The notes beneath the pieces are model-generated. The model was not told the DNA's origin, searched no databases, and worked only from the letters and a program-made list of their open reading frames with translations. Below, piece after piece: positions 16,891 through 26,782 of a stretch of 64,000 bases of DNA (the stretch's first letter is position 1; each line of letters opens with the position of its first letter). The stretch comes from Candidatus Aminicenantales bacterium (GTDB lineage Bacteria > Acidobacteriota > Aminicenantia > Aminicenantales > Saccharicenantaceae). Location of the stretch: the NCBI GenBank assembly GCA_049512315.1, contig JBEKXF010000004.1, positions 1 through 64,000 of the forward strand, read 5' to 3'. The translations under genes and the position numbers were made by a program.

Positions 16891-17457
16891 ATGCTCAAGA
16901 AGATGAGAGGATTCACCCTCATCGAGCTGCTGATCGTCGTCGCGATCATCGGCATCCTGGCCGCCCTGCTCATTCCGAACGCCCTGGAAGCCATCCAGAA
17001 GGCCAAGCAGAAATCGGCCATGAAGGAAATCATGGTTACGGCCACGGCCGCGGCTGATTACATCACGGATCACGGCACCTGGGCTAACGTCGCCCAGAGC
17101 GGAGATCTGGCGGCTGGCAATCCCTTTGTGCTGGCCATTGCCACATTCTACGTCAAGATCCTTCCTGTCAATGATCCGTGGAATGACCCCTACAAGGTCT
17201 ATTGTGGCCAGGCGGCGGTTACCGGAGTACTTTCTGGTGCTGATTCGACTGACATTGGAGAAGATGATACGGTGTGCGCGTCTTGGGGAAGAGACAGCGC
17301 CGCGGGTCCCACTTACCTCCCTTCATCCTACAACACAGGCAATCCGGAAGCCGGCTATTATAACGTTTCCAAGATGTCCGATTTCAACGAAGACCTGTAC
17401 GTCTGGAACGGAAGCTGGATCGTCGGACCCAGGTCAACGTTGTCCACAGCCAGCTGA
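16891..17457 (+). CDS. pilA: Major type IV pilin (prepilin) with a GspG-like globular domain
   Basis: MLKKMRG|FTLIELLIVVAIIGILAA class III signal with E5; DPWNDPY motif; strong RBS AGGAGG; has its own sigma54 promoter and terminator. Confidence 0.85.
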   Translation: MLKKMRGFTLIELLIVVAIIGILAALLIPNALEAIQKAKQKSAMKEIMVTATAAADYITDHGTWANVAQSGDLAAGNPFVLAIATFYVKILPVNDPWNDPYKVYCGQAAVTGVLSGADSTDIGEDDTVCASWGRDSAAGPTYLPSSYNTGNPEAGYYNVSKMSDFNEDLYVWNGSWIVGPRSTLSTAS

Positions 17458-17487
17458 TCGCTCGACCTGATCCTTACGCTTCTTCAC

Positions 17488-17517
17488 GGGGCGGCGGAAA
17501 CGCCGCCCCCTTTTTTT
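17488..17517 (+). terminator. Rho-independent terminator of pilA
   Basis: GGGGCGGCG-GAAA-CGCCGCCCC followed by T7. Confidence 0.9.
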
Positions 17518-17668
17518 ATTTCCATTCTTAACCCCGTCGTTTTTTGTGCAGAACGCTATCGAGAGGATGGGGAAAGCGGTCATCGGGAGCCCTCTTGGGC
17601 ATGGGGATCTCCCGAATTCCGGGACATGAACGAAATCTCTTGATTTCGTATCGTGTCCCAGGAATCCC

Positions 17669-18550
17669 GTGTATAATAGGAAACAGATGATATCAGCGCC
17701 TGAAAATGCTACTCTGACCAAACGGTTGACCTCTCTCATCCTTCCCGGCGGCGGCATCCCTTACTATAAGGGCGGCGGGCCCTCCGCGGAGCCGACGCAC
17801 CTGGCCCTGCTCGCCCTCTGGGCCTCCGGCGCGGGTGGCGAATTAACAAGGCCTTTGCTTTCCTGGGCGGCGGGACTTCAGAACCCGGACGGCTCCGTGG
17901 CCCTAAACCCTGAACACCGCGATCAGGGACTCTGGCTGACGGCCCTTTCCGCTATCGTGTTCCACCGTCTGGGCCTCAAGGAAGCCCGCGACCGAGCTCT
18001 GGGCTTTGTCGCTTCCCTGAAGTCCGTTACGGTCGCCAACGACCCCAAAATCAGACAGGACAACACCTTGACCGGCTGGCCGTGGGTCCGCGGCACGTTC
18101 GGCTGGGTGGAACCGACGGCGTGGTCGGTCGTCGCGCTCAACGTGACCGGCCTAGGAAGTGATCCTAGAGCCATTGAAGGGCTCAAGTTTTTATTGGACC
18201 GCCAGATCCCTTCCGGCGGCTGGAATTATGGAAATCCGGGCCTCAACGACCGAGAGCTTCTCCCTTTCTGGGACACGACCGGGCTGGCCCTCATCGCTCT
18301 CCATGAACAGACCGACATGACCGGGGTCCGGGCGAGCCTCGAGTTTCTCGAAAGAAGTCAAGAGAAGATCGAATCTCCTTGCGGCCTTGCCTGGGCTGCT
18401 TTAAGCCTCGAGACCTATGGGAGGGATACCGCCCGTCTGAAGCAGAGGCTTCTCGGCCTCTTGAATTCCCTGCCCGACGATGGGCTCAACGCGGCCCATT
18501 TTGCCGCTGGACTGATCGCCTTATCAGGCAAAAAGGTGTTCATCCCGTGA
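17669..18550 (+). CDS. Prenyltransferase/squalene-cyclase repeat (alpha/alpha barrel) protein
   Basis: QNPDGSV and QIPSGGWNYGN QW-like repeats; GWPW..GTFGWVEPT. The start may be ATG 17687. Confidence 0.7.
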   Translation: MYNRKQMISAPENATLTKRLTSLILPGGGIPYYKGGGPSAEPTHLALLALWASGAGGELTRPLLSWAAGLQNPDGSVALNPEHRDQGLWLTALSAIVFHRLGLKEARDRALGFVASLKSVTVANDPKIRQDNTLTGWPWVRGTFGWVEPTAWSVVALNVTGLGSDPRAIEGLKFLLDRQIPSGGWNYGNPGLNDRELLPFWDTTGLALIALHEQTDMTGVRASLEFLERSQEKIESPCGLAWAALSLETYGRDTARLKQRLLGLLNSLPDDGLNAAHFAAGLIALSGKKVFIP

Positions 18551-19518
18551 GAAGGCGCGAGTTCCTGAAGGGGACGGCCGTCCTGGCGAACGCTGCGGTC
18601 CTCGGAAACCTCGCACACGGCGGCCAGCTGGGTGGGACTTCGTGCCCGGTTACCCTCCTGGCCATGTCCGATTACCGCCGGGATCTCGAAAAGGAGATCG
18701 CCGCTGTCATGACTGCCGATGGGCTCGCCCTCAAAGGGAAGAAGGTCCTCCTTAAACCGAATTTCGTGGAAGCACACCCGGAGAGGCCGATTAATACCAA
18801 TCCCGCCGTCATTGCCCATGTCGCCCACGCTTGCCTGCGCCTCGGGGCGGCGGAAGTCGCCGTCGGCGAAGCTTCCGGACATCGCCGTGACCCCTGGTTT
18901 TCGGTCCTTAACCCGAAGCTCAGGTCCATACTGGATAAAAGGGTCAAGTGCCTGGATCTCAACCATGGCGACGCCATCGCGACACCGAACAAGGGTAGCC
19001 TCACCGGACTTCCGGCGTTTTATCTGGCCCGACCCGTGGCCGAGGCCGACGTCCTGATCTGCCTGCCCAAGATGAAAACACATCACTGGGCGGGTGTCAC
19101 GCTGTGCTTGAAGAACCTCTTCGGCGTCCTGCCGGGGATCTACTACGGCTGGCCCAAGAACGTTCTCCACTTCAGGGGCATCGAGCGCTCGATCCTGGAC
19201 CTGGCCCGGACGATCAAGGTCCATTACAACATCATTGACGGCGTAGTGGGGATGGAGGGGGACGGCCCGATCATGGGTAAGGCGAAGCCCGTCGGAACAC
19301 TGGTCCTCAGCCCTTTTTCTCTGGCCGCAGACGCCACAGCAGCCCGCATCATGGGCTTCGATCCGCGAAAGATCCTTTATCTTGTCCAGGCCGGTCGGTT
19401 CCTTCCCGGGCTGAGGCCGGAGGACGTCGTTTTTCGGGGGGAAAACCCTAAGAGATTTGCGACGCAGTTCGATTGCCTGGAGGACTTCAAGAGGATGAAG
19501 GGCGGGCCTTTCTTCTGA
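18547..19518 (+). CDS. DUF362 protein with Tat signal
   Basis: GTG overlaps the upstream stop; RRREFLK twin-arginine motif; VLLKPN, LPKMKTHHWAGVTLCLKNLFG and IIDGVVGMEGDGP. Confidence 0.88.
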   Translation: MRRREFLKGTAVLANAAVLGNLAHGGQLGGTSCPVTLLAMSDYRRDLEKEIAAVMTADGLALKGKKVLLKPNFVEAHPERPINTNPAVIAHVAHACLRLGAAEVAVGEASGHRRDPWFSVLNPKLRSILDKRVKCLDLNHGDAIATPNKGSLTGLPAFYLARPVAEADVLICLPKMKTHHWAGVTLCLKNLFGVLPGIYYGWPKNVLHFRGIERSILDLARTIKVHYNIIDGVVGMEGDGPIMGKAKPVGTLVLSPFSLAADATAARIMGFDPRKILYLVQAGRFLPGLRPEDVVFRGENPKRFATQFDCLEDFKRMKGGPFF

Positions 19519-21844
19519 CGCGCAGAAGGAGGGCGATAACGCTAACTAAAGAGCCCACGATTAGCAGGACGACCGTCATCAGGCTGACTGCAGCCCCCCA
19601 GATAAAACTCCCGGGAAGATATCGCAAAACGACCTCGTGCTCTCCGGCGGGCACGAGGACACCTTTGGAAAAGAGGTTAACCTCAAAGACCTCGGCTTTC
19701 TTGCCGTCGACCCAGGTCTGCCAGCCCCGGACATAATTGCCCGGGAATACTGCCACCCCTGCGCGGGACAGGTTCGCTGAATACCAGCCCCGTCCCTGGA
19801 CCTCCCTCCTGACCAATAACGCGGGGGTTTCTACAGCAACGTCAGCCGGAGGGCCGGACTTAGTCGTCAGTGCAATGTCCTTTTCCGTTAGGATTTCTTT
19901 CATCGGATCGAATGCGCTGTCGATGAACATCTTGAGCCCGTCCTCCGGCGTCGCCGCCCGCTTGGCCGCGTAGACGATATAGGGCGCCCCAGGTCTTTCC
20001 GTGATGCTCTCGATAATGACGGGGAAACCCTCGACTTGGAGCCGCCGGGCTGACTCTTTGGAAAACATCGGGCTGTCGCTGATGAAATAGTTGCAGCCAA
20101 GGTATTGAAGGACCTTGAACTGGCTCTTGGGCGGAAGCTCTTTGACCTTTCGGATGAGCTCCGATTGACGCCGGGGATATGTCCCGTAGAAATCAACATT
20201 GAACAGGTATCGGACCCCGTCGCCCATGGCCGTGAAGGGATAAAGGGTGCCGCGGTAATAAGCCAGGAACTTAATGTTGCTCCCGCTCCTCTCCCGGCGG
20301 TCGAGAAAATAATCTTGCGTCCTGTAAATGGTCAAAGGGAATCTCAGGTCGGCTATGATCGGCGGCTTGTCGAAGAAAGAAGGTGGGACAGTGGGATTAA
20401 TGCTCCTGTTATGATAGACCGGATCGAGAACGGCAAGGACGATCAATGCCCAGCCAATGGCAGCCGCCCGGCTCCTGGTCCTTGCGAGGAGAAAGAAAAC
20501 CGCAGCATAGACGGCGAGGAAGACGAGACCTGTTCCGATGGACCGGCCCAACTCGCGAAGGGAGGAATCCTTTTCGATGACGAACAATGCGTTGATGATG
20601 GCCAAAACCTTATTCCTAAAGAGTAGGAAAACGGAGAGCGTCAGGCCGGCCGTAATAACCAGGCCTTGAACGGTCTTCTTGCCAAGGGCCCTGCCGGACA
20701 TCGCGTCGTCAAATCCGAGGGCCGCCAGGATGGAAAGGCAAAACACGGAGCCCAAAAAGAACTTGACCGGGTATCTGATGGAAGACACGAACGGTGTGAT
20801 CCGGTAGAGAAAAAAGAAGGGCGAATAACGTCCACAAGCCAAGAGGAAAAAAACGATGAACGCACCGAAGAGAATTTTTCGTCTCCGGTCCCAGGGCTTC
20901 TTGAGCCCGAAAAGAAAGAGAAGCAAGGCGCCGAATCCCATATAGAAGCTGTAATAGAGAGGGAAATGCTCGTCGAACAGATGCCAGCCCCAGTAGTCAT
21001 GATGTCCGGGTTCACGGTCGTTGCCGAGCACATGGGGAAAGGCCATGTTGGGGAGCTGGAGAAGCTCGAGGGGCCAGAGCACGGACTGGGCCTCCCTTCC
21101 GGTCTGGCTCAGCATCTCGAACGACGGGGCAAGCTGTGCGGCCGTGAGGAGGCAAGCGAGGCCGAACGGAGCGGCAACCGCCACGAACCGCTTTCTCCAA
21201 CCTCCGGGCTTGAGGAACGACTGGGCCGCGGCGAGGAGCGCCGCGAAAAGGATGACCTCAGGAGAGCCGGCCAGAATGAGCAAGGCCCACAGGAGGGAAA
21301 GAAGAACGAGCCTCGAACGCCCAGACCTCGGGTCCCGGCTGAGGACGAGAAGGATCCAGGGCATCCAGGCCAGGGCCGCGACATGGTTGTAGAACTCGAA
21401 CGAAGAGAGATACATTCCGCTGAACGAGAACAGGCTCGCGCCCAAGAAAGCGGCCCTCTGCGATACGGCATGGGATTTGCAGAGATAATAGAGCCCAAGC
21501 CAGCCGAGGATGACATGGATGAAGTAGTAAAGCTTGAACGCCGTGAAGAGGGGAAAGACGAGATAGAGGATTGTCGCTGGATAGAAAATGGCGTTCTTGG
21601 GGTTGGCCAGAAAAGGCTGGCCGTTTCCATAAGCGTTAGTCCAGAGAGCGAAATTCCCTTCCTTGAGGAGTCCGACGGTCAGTTTTCGGGCCGGGAGCTC
21701 GACGACGGTCGTGTCCCGCTCGAAAAAGATCTGTCCGGAAAAGAAAAATTCCCTGAAAGTGGCCAGGAATAGAATAAGAAAAAGGAAAAAGAAAAACAGA
21801 TCCTTTTTCTTGTCCGAGGCCGGCGTTAGCGGATCCGATAGCAC
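19487..21844 (-). CDS. YfhO-family (GT-C-like) membrane glycosyltransferase
   Basis: LWTNAYGNGQPFLANP..AIFYP N-terminal motif, many TM helices and C-terminal GWQTWVDGK...GVLVPAGEHEVVLRYLP. Confidence 0.8.
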   Translation of the reverse strand: MLSDPLTPASDKKKDLFFFFLFLILFLATFREFFFSGQIFFERDTTVVELPARKLTVGLLKEGNFALWTNAYGNGQPFLANPKNAIFYPATILYLVFPLFTAFKLYYFIHVILGWLGLYYLCKSHAVSQRAAFLGASLFSFSGMYLSSFEFYNHVAALAWMPWILLVLSRDPRSGRSRLVLLSLLWALLILAGSPEVILFAALLAAAQSFLKPGGWRKRFVAVAAPFGLACLLTAAQLAPSFEMLSQTGREAQSVLWPLELLQLPNMAFPHVLGNDREPGHHDYWGWHLFDEHFPLYYSFYMGFGALLLFLFGLKKPWDRRRKILFGAFIVFFLLACGRYSPFFFLYRITPFVSSIRYPVKFFLGSVFCLSILAALGFDDAMSGRALGKKTVQGLVITAGLTLSVFLLFRNKVLAIINALFVIEKDSSLRELGRSIGTGLVFLAVYAAVFFLLARTRSRAAAIGWALIVLAVLDPVYHNRSINPTVPPSFFDKPPIIADLRFPLTIYRTQDYFLDRRERSGSNIKFLAYYRGTLYPFTAMGDGVRYLFNVDFYGTYPRRQSELIRKVKELPPKSQFKVLQYLGCNYFISDSPMFSKESARRLQVEGFPVIIESITERPGAPYIVYAAKRAATPEDGLKMFIDSAFDPMKEILTEKDIALTTKSGPPADVAVETPALLVRREVQGRGWYSANLSRAGVAVFPGNYVRGWQTWVDGKKAEVFEVNLFSKGVLVPAGEHEVVLRYLPGSFIWGAAVSLMTVVLLIVGSLVSVIALLLRVRRKARPSSS

Positions 21845-21927
21845 TGATAAAATTTTTATCAGAAATCAACGTTTTTCTCAACCTTTGATTTTCCTCCGAC
21901 CATTTTATTATACTGGGGAAAAGATCG

Positions 21928-23424
21928 ATGCCAGAGAACAAGCCGGCGAACTCGCCTCAGGGCGCCTTCAGGGAAAGAGCCATGATCGCAACCCTACTTT
22001 TTGTCCTCGCCATCATCCCCATCCTCCTCACACCGATTCCCCCCGTGACAGACCTCCCCCAGCACATCGCCCAGGCCCGTCTTTTCAAAGAAACCCTTGC
22101 AAATCCCGATGGGCCTTATATCATCCAATGGCTCGCGCCGAACAATCTGATCTATGTGTTCCTTCTGGTTTTCTGGACGGTCCTCCCCCTCGGACTGATC
22201 ACGCGGGCCGCGCTCATCGTCATCGTCCTTCTCTGGCTGGCTGCCATCCATGGGCTGGGCGCCGTGCGAAGCCGGGCGCCGGCCACAGTGGCCATTGTTT
22301 CACTTCTTATCTTCAACCAATCCTTCTATTGGGGGTTCCTCAACTTCCTGATAGGGTTCCCTGTCTTTATCCTCTGGTTCGTGCTGACGACGAGAGATCC
22401 GGAGAAGACATCCTGGAAGCTCATCGGGGCGCTCGCAGTGACGTCTTTTTTTCTTTATGAAAGCCACGCCCTGTGGTTCGCGGCGGGGGCGGCGTGGTTG
22501 ATCCTCATCGCCCTGGTCAAAAAGGCGTCTGTCAAAACGGCACTGTGGCGCTTCGCGGCCCTCGTCCCATGCGGCCTGATCGCGTTCTCATGGTATCCCG
22601 ATTTATCGGCTTTCCGAGCTATGGCCGGTTTCGATACGGCCCCGCACTGGTCACCTCTCTTTGACCGCCTGGCTTCGTTCCTGGATGCAGCATTCGGTGG
22701 GATCCGGGGCCCAGTCGAGACGATTGTGTTTGTCTTCCTCCTGCTCTGGGCGGGACTCTCCATCTGGCAAAATAGGACTCGACTCAAGGACGGCACGGAT
22801 CGCGACCTCCTGGCCGCAGCACTTTTTTTCCTGGCCATTGTCATCGTCTCCCCCGACAAGTACATGAACACGATTTTCTTCTCCTCGCGCTGGTTCCCGG
22901 CGGCCATGGTTTTCCTCCTCCTGGCGCTTCCCGCGCCCTCCTTCCGCCGGGCATCCCCCAAGGTCATCGCCCTGGCGGTCGCGTTGCTTTTTTCCCTGAT
23001 CACGGCCTTTGCTTGGCGCTCATTTGAAACAAGAGACCTGTCGGGATTCCGCGGCAGCCTGGCACGCATCCAAGATTCGTCCCGGGTTCTTGGACTTGAC
23101 TTGGGCAAGGAAAGCGAGCACATCAAAGGCCGGCCGTTTCTCCAGCTCTTTGCTTACGCCCAGGTTTTCAAGGGAGGGGAATTGAACTTTTCGTTTGCCG
23201 AGCACTATTCCGGCCTCGTCGCCTACAAGGCTAAAAGGGATGTCCGGTGGACGGCCGGTCTCGAATGGCACGGGGAGAAGGTCAAGAGGACGGACTTCGC
23301 GTTCTTCGATTTTGTCCTGGTCAACGGCGAAGAAAAGGATCATCAGATCCTTGGCCGTTTCCCCGAGCTCTCGCCGTTAACGCACCTGGGAAAATGGCGA
23401 CTGTACGAGGTCAAAAAGCCTTGA
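21928..23424 (+). CDS. Polytopic membrane protein, putative GT-C glycosyltransferase
   Basis: P..DLPQH motif after the first TM, WGFLNF, and about 10 TM helices. Confidence 0.65.
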   Translation: MPENKPANSPQGAFRERAMIATLLFVLAIIPILLTPIPPVTDLPQHIAQARLFKETLANPDGPYIIQWLAPNNLIYVFLLVFWTVLPLGLITRAALIVIVLLWLAAIHGLGAVRSRAPATVAIVSLLIFNQSFYWGFLNFLIGFPVFILWFVLTTRDPEKTSWKLIGALAVTSFFLYESHALWFAAGAAWLILIALVKKASVKTALWRFAALVPCGLIAFSWYPDLSAFRAMAGFDTAPHWSPLFDRLASFLDAAFGGIRGPVETIVFVFLLLWAGLSIWQNRTRLKDGTDRDLLAAALFFLAIVIVSPDKYMNTIFFSSRWFPAAMVFLLLALPAPSFRRASPKVIALAVALLFSLITAFAWRSFETRDLSGFRGSLARIQDSSRVLGLDLGKESEHIKGRPFLQLFAYAQVFKGGELNFSFAEHYSGLVAYKAKRDVRWTAGLEWHGEKVKRTDFAFFDFVLVNGEEKDHQILGRFPELSPLTHLGKWRLYEVKKP

Positions 23425-23462
23425 GTTCCTCTCTGGCGAGGCCGACAGCGCGGAGACAATGG

Positions 23463-25055
23463 ATGGTCAAGGGGCGCGGTCTCGAAAGTATATTGGCCAT
23501 CACGCTCCTTGCGGGCGCAATCGTGCTCAGTGCGAATGCGATCCACACGTATGGGTCATTTTATCATGACGATGCTTTCATTTCGCTGCGCTACAGTCGC
23601 AATTGGATCAACGGACAGGGGCTTGTCTGGAATCCAGGGGAAAGGGTGGAGGGTTATACAAACTTCTTGTTTGTGTTCTTGGCCGCGGCCATGGGGCTCT
23701 TGAAGTCCGACCTCGTCGCGGTTTCCCGGATCATTGGGATTGTGCCTTTTGCAATAATATGTCTGGTTTTCGCGGGATCGATCCTTCGCTCGATTCTTCA
23801 AAAGGGTAATGATATTCTGAGGCTTGGGACGGGGGCGGTTTTTGTCCTGTCAAGTCCAGCCATGTGGATCTGGTCATTTGGAGGGCTTGAAACAACCTTC
23901 TACGCTTTGCTCCTTTTCATGGCGATCTTGGCGACCGTCAAGAGACCGAGAATTCTATCTTCATCCACGGGGTTATTGATATCAGGATCCCTGTTCGCGC
24001 TCGCCACTTTGACAAAACCGGAAGGAGCCCTTTTTTTCCCTTTAGCGGTCCTTTACGTGATGAGTGAAGGCGGCAAGACTCTGCGGGGGAGATTGAAAGA
24101 CGCAGCGTTGTTGTCGATTCCATTCTTCGCCATTTCCATCTCTTATTGGGGCTGGCGTATCCTTTACTATCGGGACCTCTTCCCCAACACGTTTTACGCT
24201 AAAGGAGGCTTTTCGATAGGCAAGATCGTCGCGGGCTGCGACTATTTGCGCGCCTTCGCTGCCGTCCCCCCCCCCTATTTCGTACCGGGATTTATCTTGG
24301 CTGTCGCCGCCCTGTCGATCTCTGGCCGATGGAATTCTAAAACAAGGTTCTATGGAATCATGTTTATTGCCATCATCGCCTTTGCCGTCCTATGGGGAGG
24401 CGACCACATGCCCGCCTATCGGCTTTTCATCCCGGTGATCCCCGTTTTTGGTCTTTTCCTGTCACAAGCGATTCCCCGGCTTTTTCCAGTCCTGGAGCCC
24501 TGGGGGAAAATCCTCATGGCGGTCACAGCTCTATGTCTTGCTGGCGCTCCCCATTTCCACCCGCCGGCGGCGTTGGCCAGGGCCAAAACCATGGACCAGG
24601 CCACGTTTGTCGGTTCGATCGTGGGGAAATATGTCAACGAACATTGGCCCCCGGATATGCTGATCGCCCTCAACACGGCGGGATCGCCGCCCTATTATTG
24701 GCCGGAGGACCGGTTCGTGGACATGCTCGGTCTGAATGATCGCCACATCGCAAAGAGGGAGATCGCGACTCGGGCCATGTTCTGGCAGAACATCCCCGGC
24801 CACGAAAAAGGGGACGGAAAATATGTTCTTTCCCGAAAGCCGGATTGCATCATCATTGGACCCGCTGAAGGAAGCGCGGTGACGGCGCCGTGGTTTTTAT
24901 CGGATTTCGAATTGTCGCAGGACAAGGGGTTTTTCAGACTCTATACAAAGAAAGAAACTGTCATCGATGTCAGAGGCGTCCCGGGTTATAGGGACTATGG
25001 AGTGACACGAACAGGGGCGCTCACCTTCATCTACTATCAAAGGACCGATCGATGA
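23463..25055 (+). CDS. GT-C fold membrane glycosyltransferase (arabinofuranosyltransferase/TfpW-like)
   Basis: DDAFISLRYSRN..NGQGLVWNPGERVEGYTNFL, GLET, KPEG, PNTFYAK and DMLGLND motifs. Confidence 0.75.
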   Translation: MVKGRGLESILAITLLAGAIVLSANAIHTYGSFYHDDAFISLRYSRNWINGQGLVWNPGERVEGYTNFLFVFLAAAMGLLKSDLVAVSRIIGIVPFAIICLVFAGSILRSILQKGNDILRLGTGAVFVLSSPAMWIWSFGGLETTFYALLLFMAILATVKRPRILSSSTGLLISGSLFALATLTKPEGALFFPLAVLYVMSEGGKTLRGRLKDAALLSIPFFAISISYWGWRILYYRDLFPNTFYAKGGFSIGKIVAGCDYLRAFAAVPPPYFVPGFILAVAALSISGRWNSKTRFYGIMFIAIIAFAVLWGGDHMPAYRLFIPVIPVFGLFLSQAIPRLFPVLEPWGKILMAVTALCLAGAPHFHPPAALARAKTMDQATFVGSIVGKYVNEHWPPDMLIALNTAGSPPYYWPEDRFVDMLGLNDRHIAKREIATRAMFWQNIPGHEKGDGKYVLSRKPDCIIIGPAEGSAVTAPWFLSDFELSQDKGFFRLYTKKETVIDVRGVPGYRDYGVTRTGALTFIYYQRTDR

Positions 25056-25158
25056 GAGCAGCGCTGAATTCTGGGGGTGCCCATAAGAGTTGTCGGCCCC
25101 AAGGGGTTTCCTTTATTCCTTCCGACATGTAACGCTCAGCCGGGATGCGGTTAAGAAT

Positions 25159-26745
25159 ATGAAAGCGTGCATAAAAAGCGGGCCCTTGGTTATTGTGCTG
25201 TCTCTGCTTTTCGCCACGTTGCTTCTTATCGCGAGCGGTCCGCACGGGCTGGGAGGATTCCCCCTTGATGACGCTTGGATTCACATGGTGTACGGCCGGT
25301 CGGTTTCGACATCCGGGTACCTGGCCTATAACGCGGGAATTCCGGCGACGGGTTCGACATCACCGCTCTGGGCCTATCTCCTTGGCCTGATCCATGTCGT
25401 TTTCAAGAAGACGAGCGTGATCGTATTGGTCGTGAAGATGACAGGTATGGCGATGCACAGTTTGGCGGCGTGGGCTTGCTACAGGATCTTGAAGAAATTC
25501 CAGCTGCCGAGTATCGTCTCGATGATCGGGGGGGTGATCTTGGGATTCTCCCCGGCTCTTGTCGCGGCCTCTATCAGCGGGATGGAAATTCCCTTGGGGT
25601 GCTCACTCTGTCTCCTGGGTTTCGAGCGATTGATGGAGAAAAAGCATATGACCGCCGGACTCTTGTTTGGGCTGTCCGGATTGGCGAGGCCGGAATACGG
25701 ACTCGTAATCGTGGTGCTCATGGGAGGCATGGGCCTTCAGATTCTCAAGAAAAAGATGCCTGGGAAAGACCTGATTCTGTTCGCATGCCCCGTGGCTATC
25801 GCTGGCTTCCTATTTATCGGCTGGAACGTCTTTGTCGCCGGCCGGCCGTTCCCCGCGACATTTTATGTCAAATCGCGATATTATGCCCATTTTCCATTTT
25901 TGGACAGGATTCTGATAGCGCTCAAAATGATCACGTCAGATGCCCCGTTGGCCGGAGGCGTGGCCTGGCTCGGCCTGCTGGGACCAGCGGTATCCAAGGA
26001 ACCAGCGCGAAGATGGTTCTACCTCTTCTTGATATCCGCTTTGTCTTACGCCGCGGGGCAGATCACGATCATGCCGCCAGCGGATCCGCAAGCGTTTTAT
26101 CATATCCGATATCTCTTGCCCGTTATCCCGCTTTTCTGGATCCCTCTTGTCGCGGGAGTCTGGGCGCTCATCACATATTTCCGGGACCAGGTATCAGGCG
26201 CCCGCGGGAAAATCATGGCCGGCGGGGTTGTCGTAATATTCCTTTCAGCAACGGCCTTCTTTTTGATTTTCGGAACCATCAGTTGGAGGGCCAAGTTTGC
26301 TAATGACTGCCGGAATATTGATGAGGTTCAAGTCGAGTTAGGCCAGGCCATAGATAATACCCTTCCAGCCGGAGCTAGAATTGGGACTGTTGATGCGGGG
26401 GCCATCAAATATTTTGGGCGGCATTACACCGTAGATTTGATGGGGCTCAATACCCCGGATGTTCTGCAGGGTCGGACGCCTTCCCTTGACGCTTTGGTCT
26501 TGATGCCCGCCTGGGTGCAGTGGCCCCTGGATCATGGCTTGGAAGAAGTCGGACGCCGAAGCACGCTTGACTATTGGGTAACGTCCAATCCTGCGATGAA
26601 TACCCAGATTGTGATGGCCTGCCGAGCCGGTGTTAAGAACTCGGAGATAAGTCTGCGAATATCCGGGCGGAAGGTTAATGTCCTTATGAAGGGCATGTCA
26701 GATGCCCAGATCAAAGAGTTGGAAAATCTGCTCAAAGATCATTGA
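25159..26745 (+). CDS. GT-C fold membrane glycosyltransferase, distant paralog of the preceding gene
   Basis: PLDDAWIH..YGRS, GSTSPLW, SGME, ARPE, PATFYVK, DAGAIKYF and DLMGLN motifs. Confidence 0.72.
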   Translation: MKACIKSGPLVIVLSLLFATLLLIASGPHGLGGFPLDDAWIHMVYGRSVSTSGYLAYNAGIPATGSTSPLWAYLLGLIHVVFKKTSVIVLVVKMTGMAMHSLAAWACYRILKKFQLPSIVSMIGGVILGFSPALVAASISGMEIPLGCSLCLLGFERLMEKKHMTAGLLFGLSGLARPEYGLVIVVLMGGMGLQILKKKMPGKDLILFACPVAIAGFLFIGWNVFVAGRPFPATFYVKSRYYAHFPFLDRILIALKMITSDAPLAGGVAWLGLLGPAVSKEPARRWFYLFLISALSYAAGQITIMPPADPQAFYHIRYLLPVIPLFWIPLVAGVWALITYFRDQVSGARGKIMAGGVVVIFLSATAFFLIFGTISWRAKFANDCRNIDEVQVELGQAIDNTLPAGARIGTVDAGAIKYFGRHYTVDLMGLNTPDVLQGRTPSLDALVLMPAWVQWPLDHGLEEVGRRSTLDYWVTSNPAMNTQIVMACRAGVKNSEISLRISGRKVNVLMKGMSDAQIKELENLLKDH

Positions 26746-26782
26746 TACTTGGGCTGTGCTATAATCAGGCTTCCTCATCACC

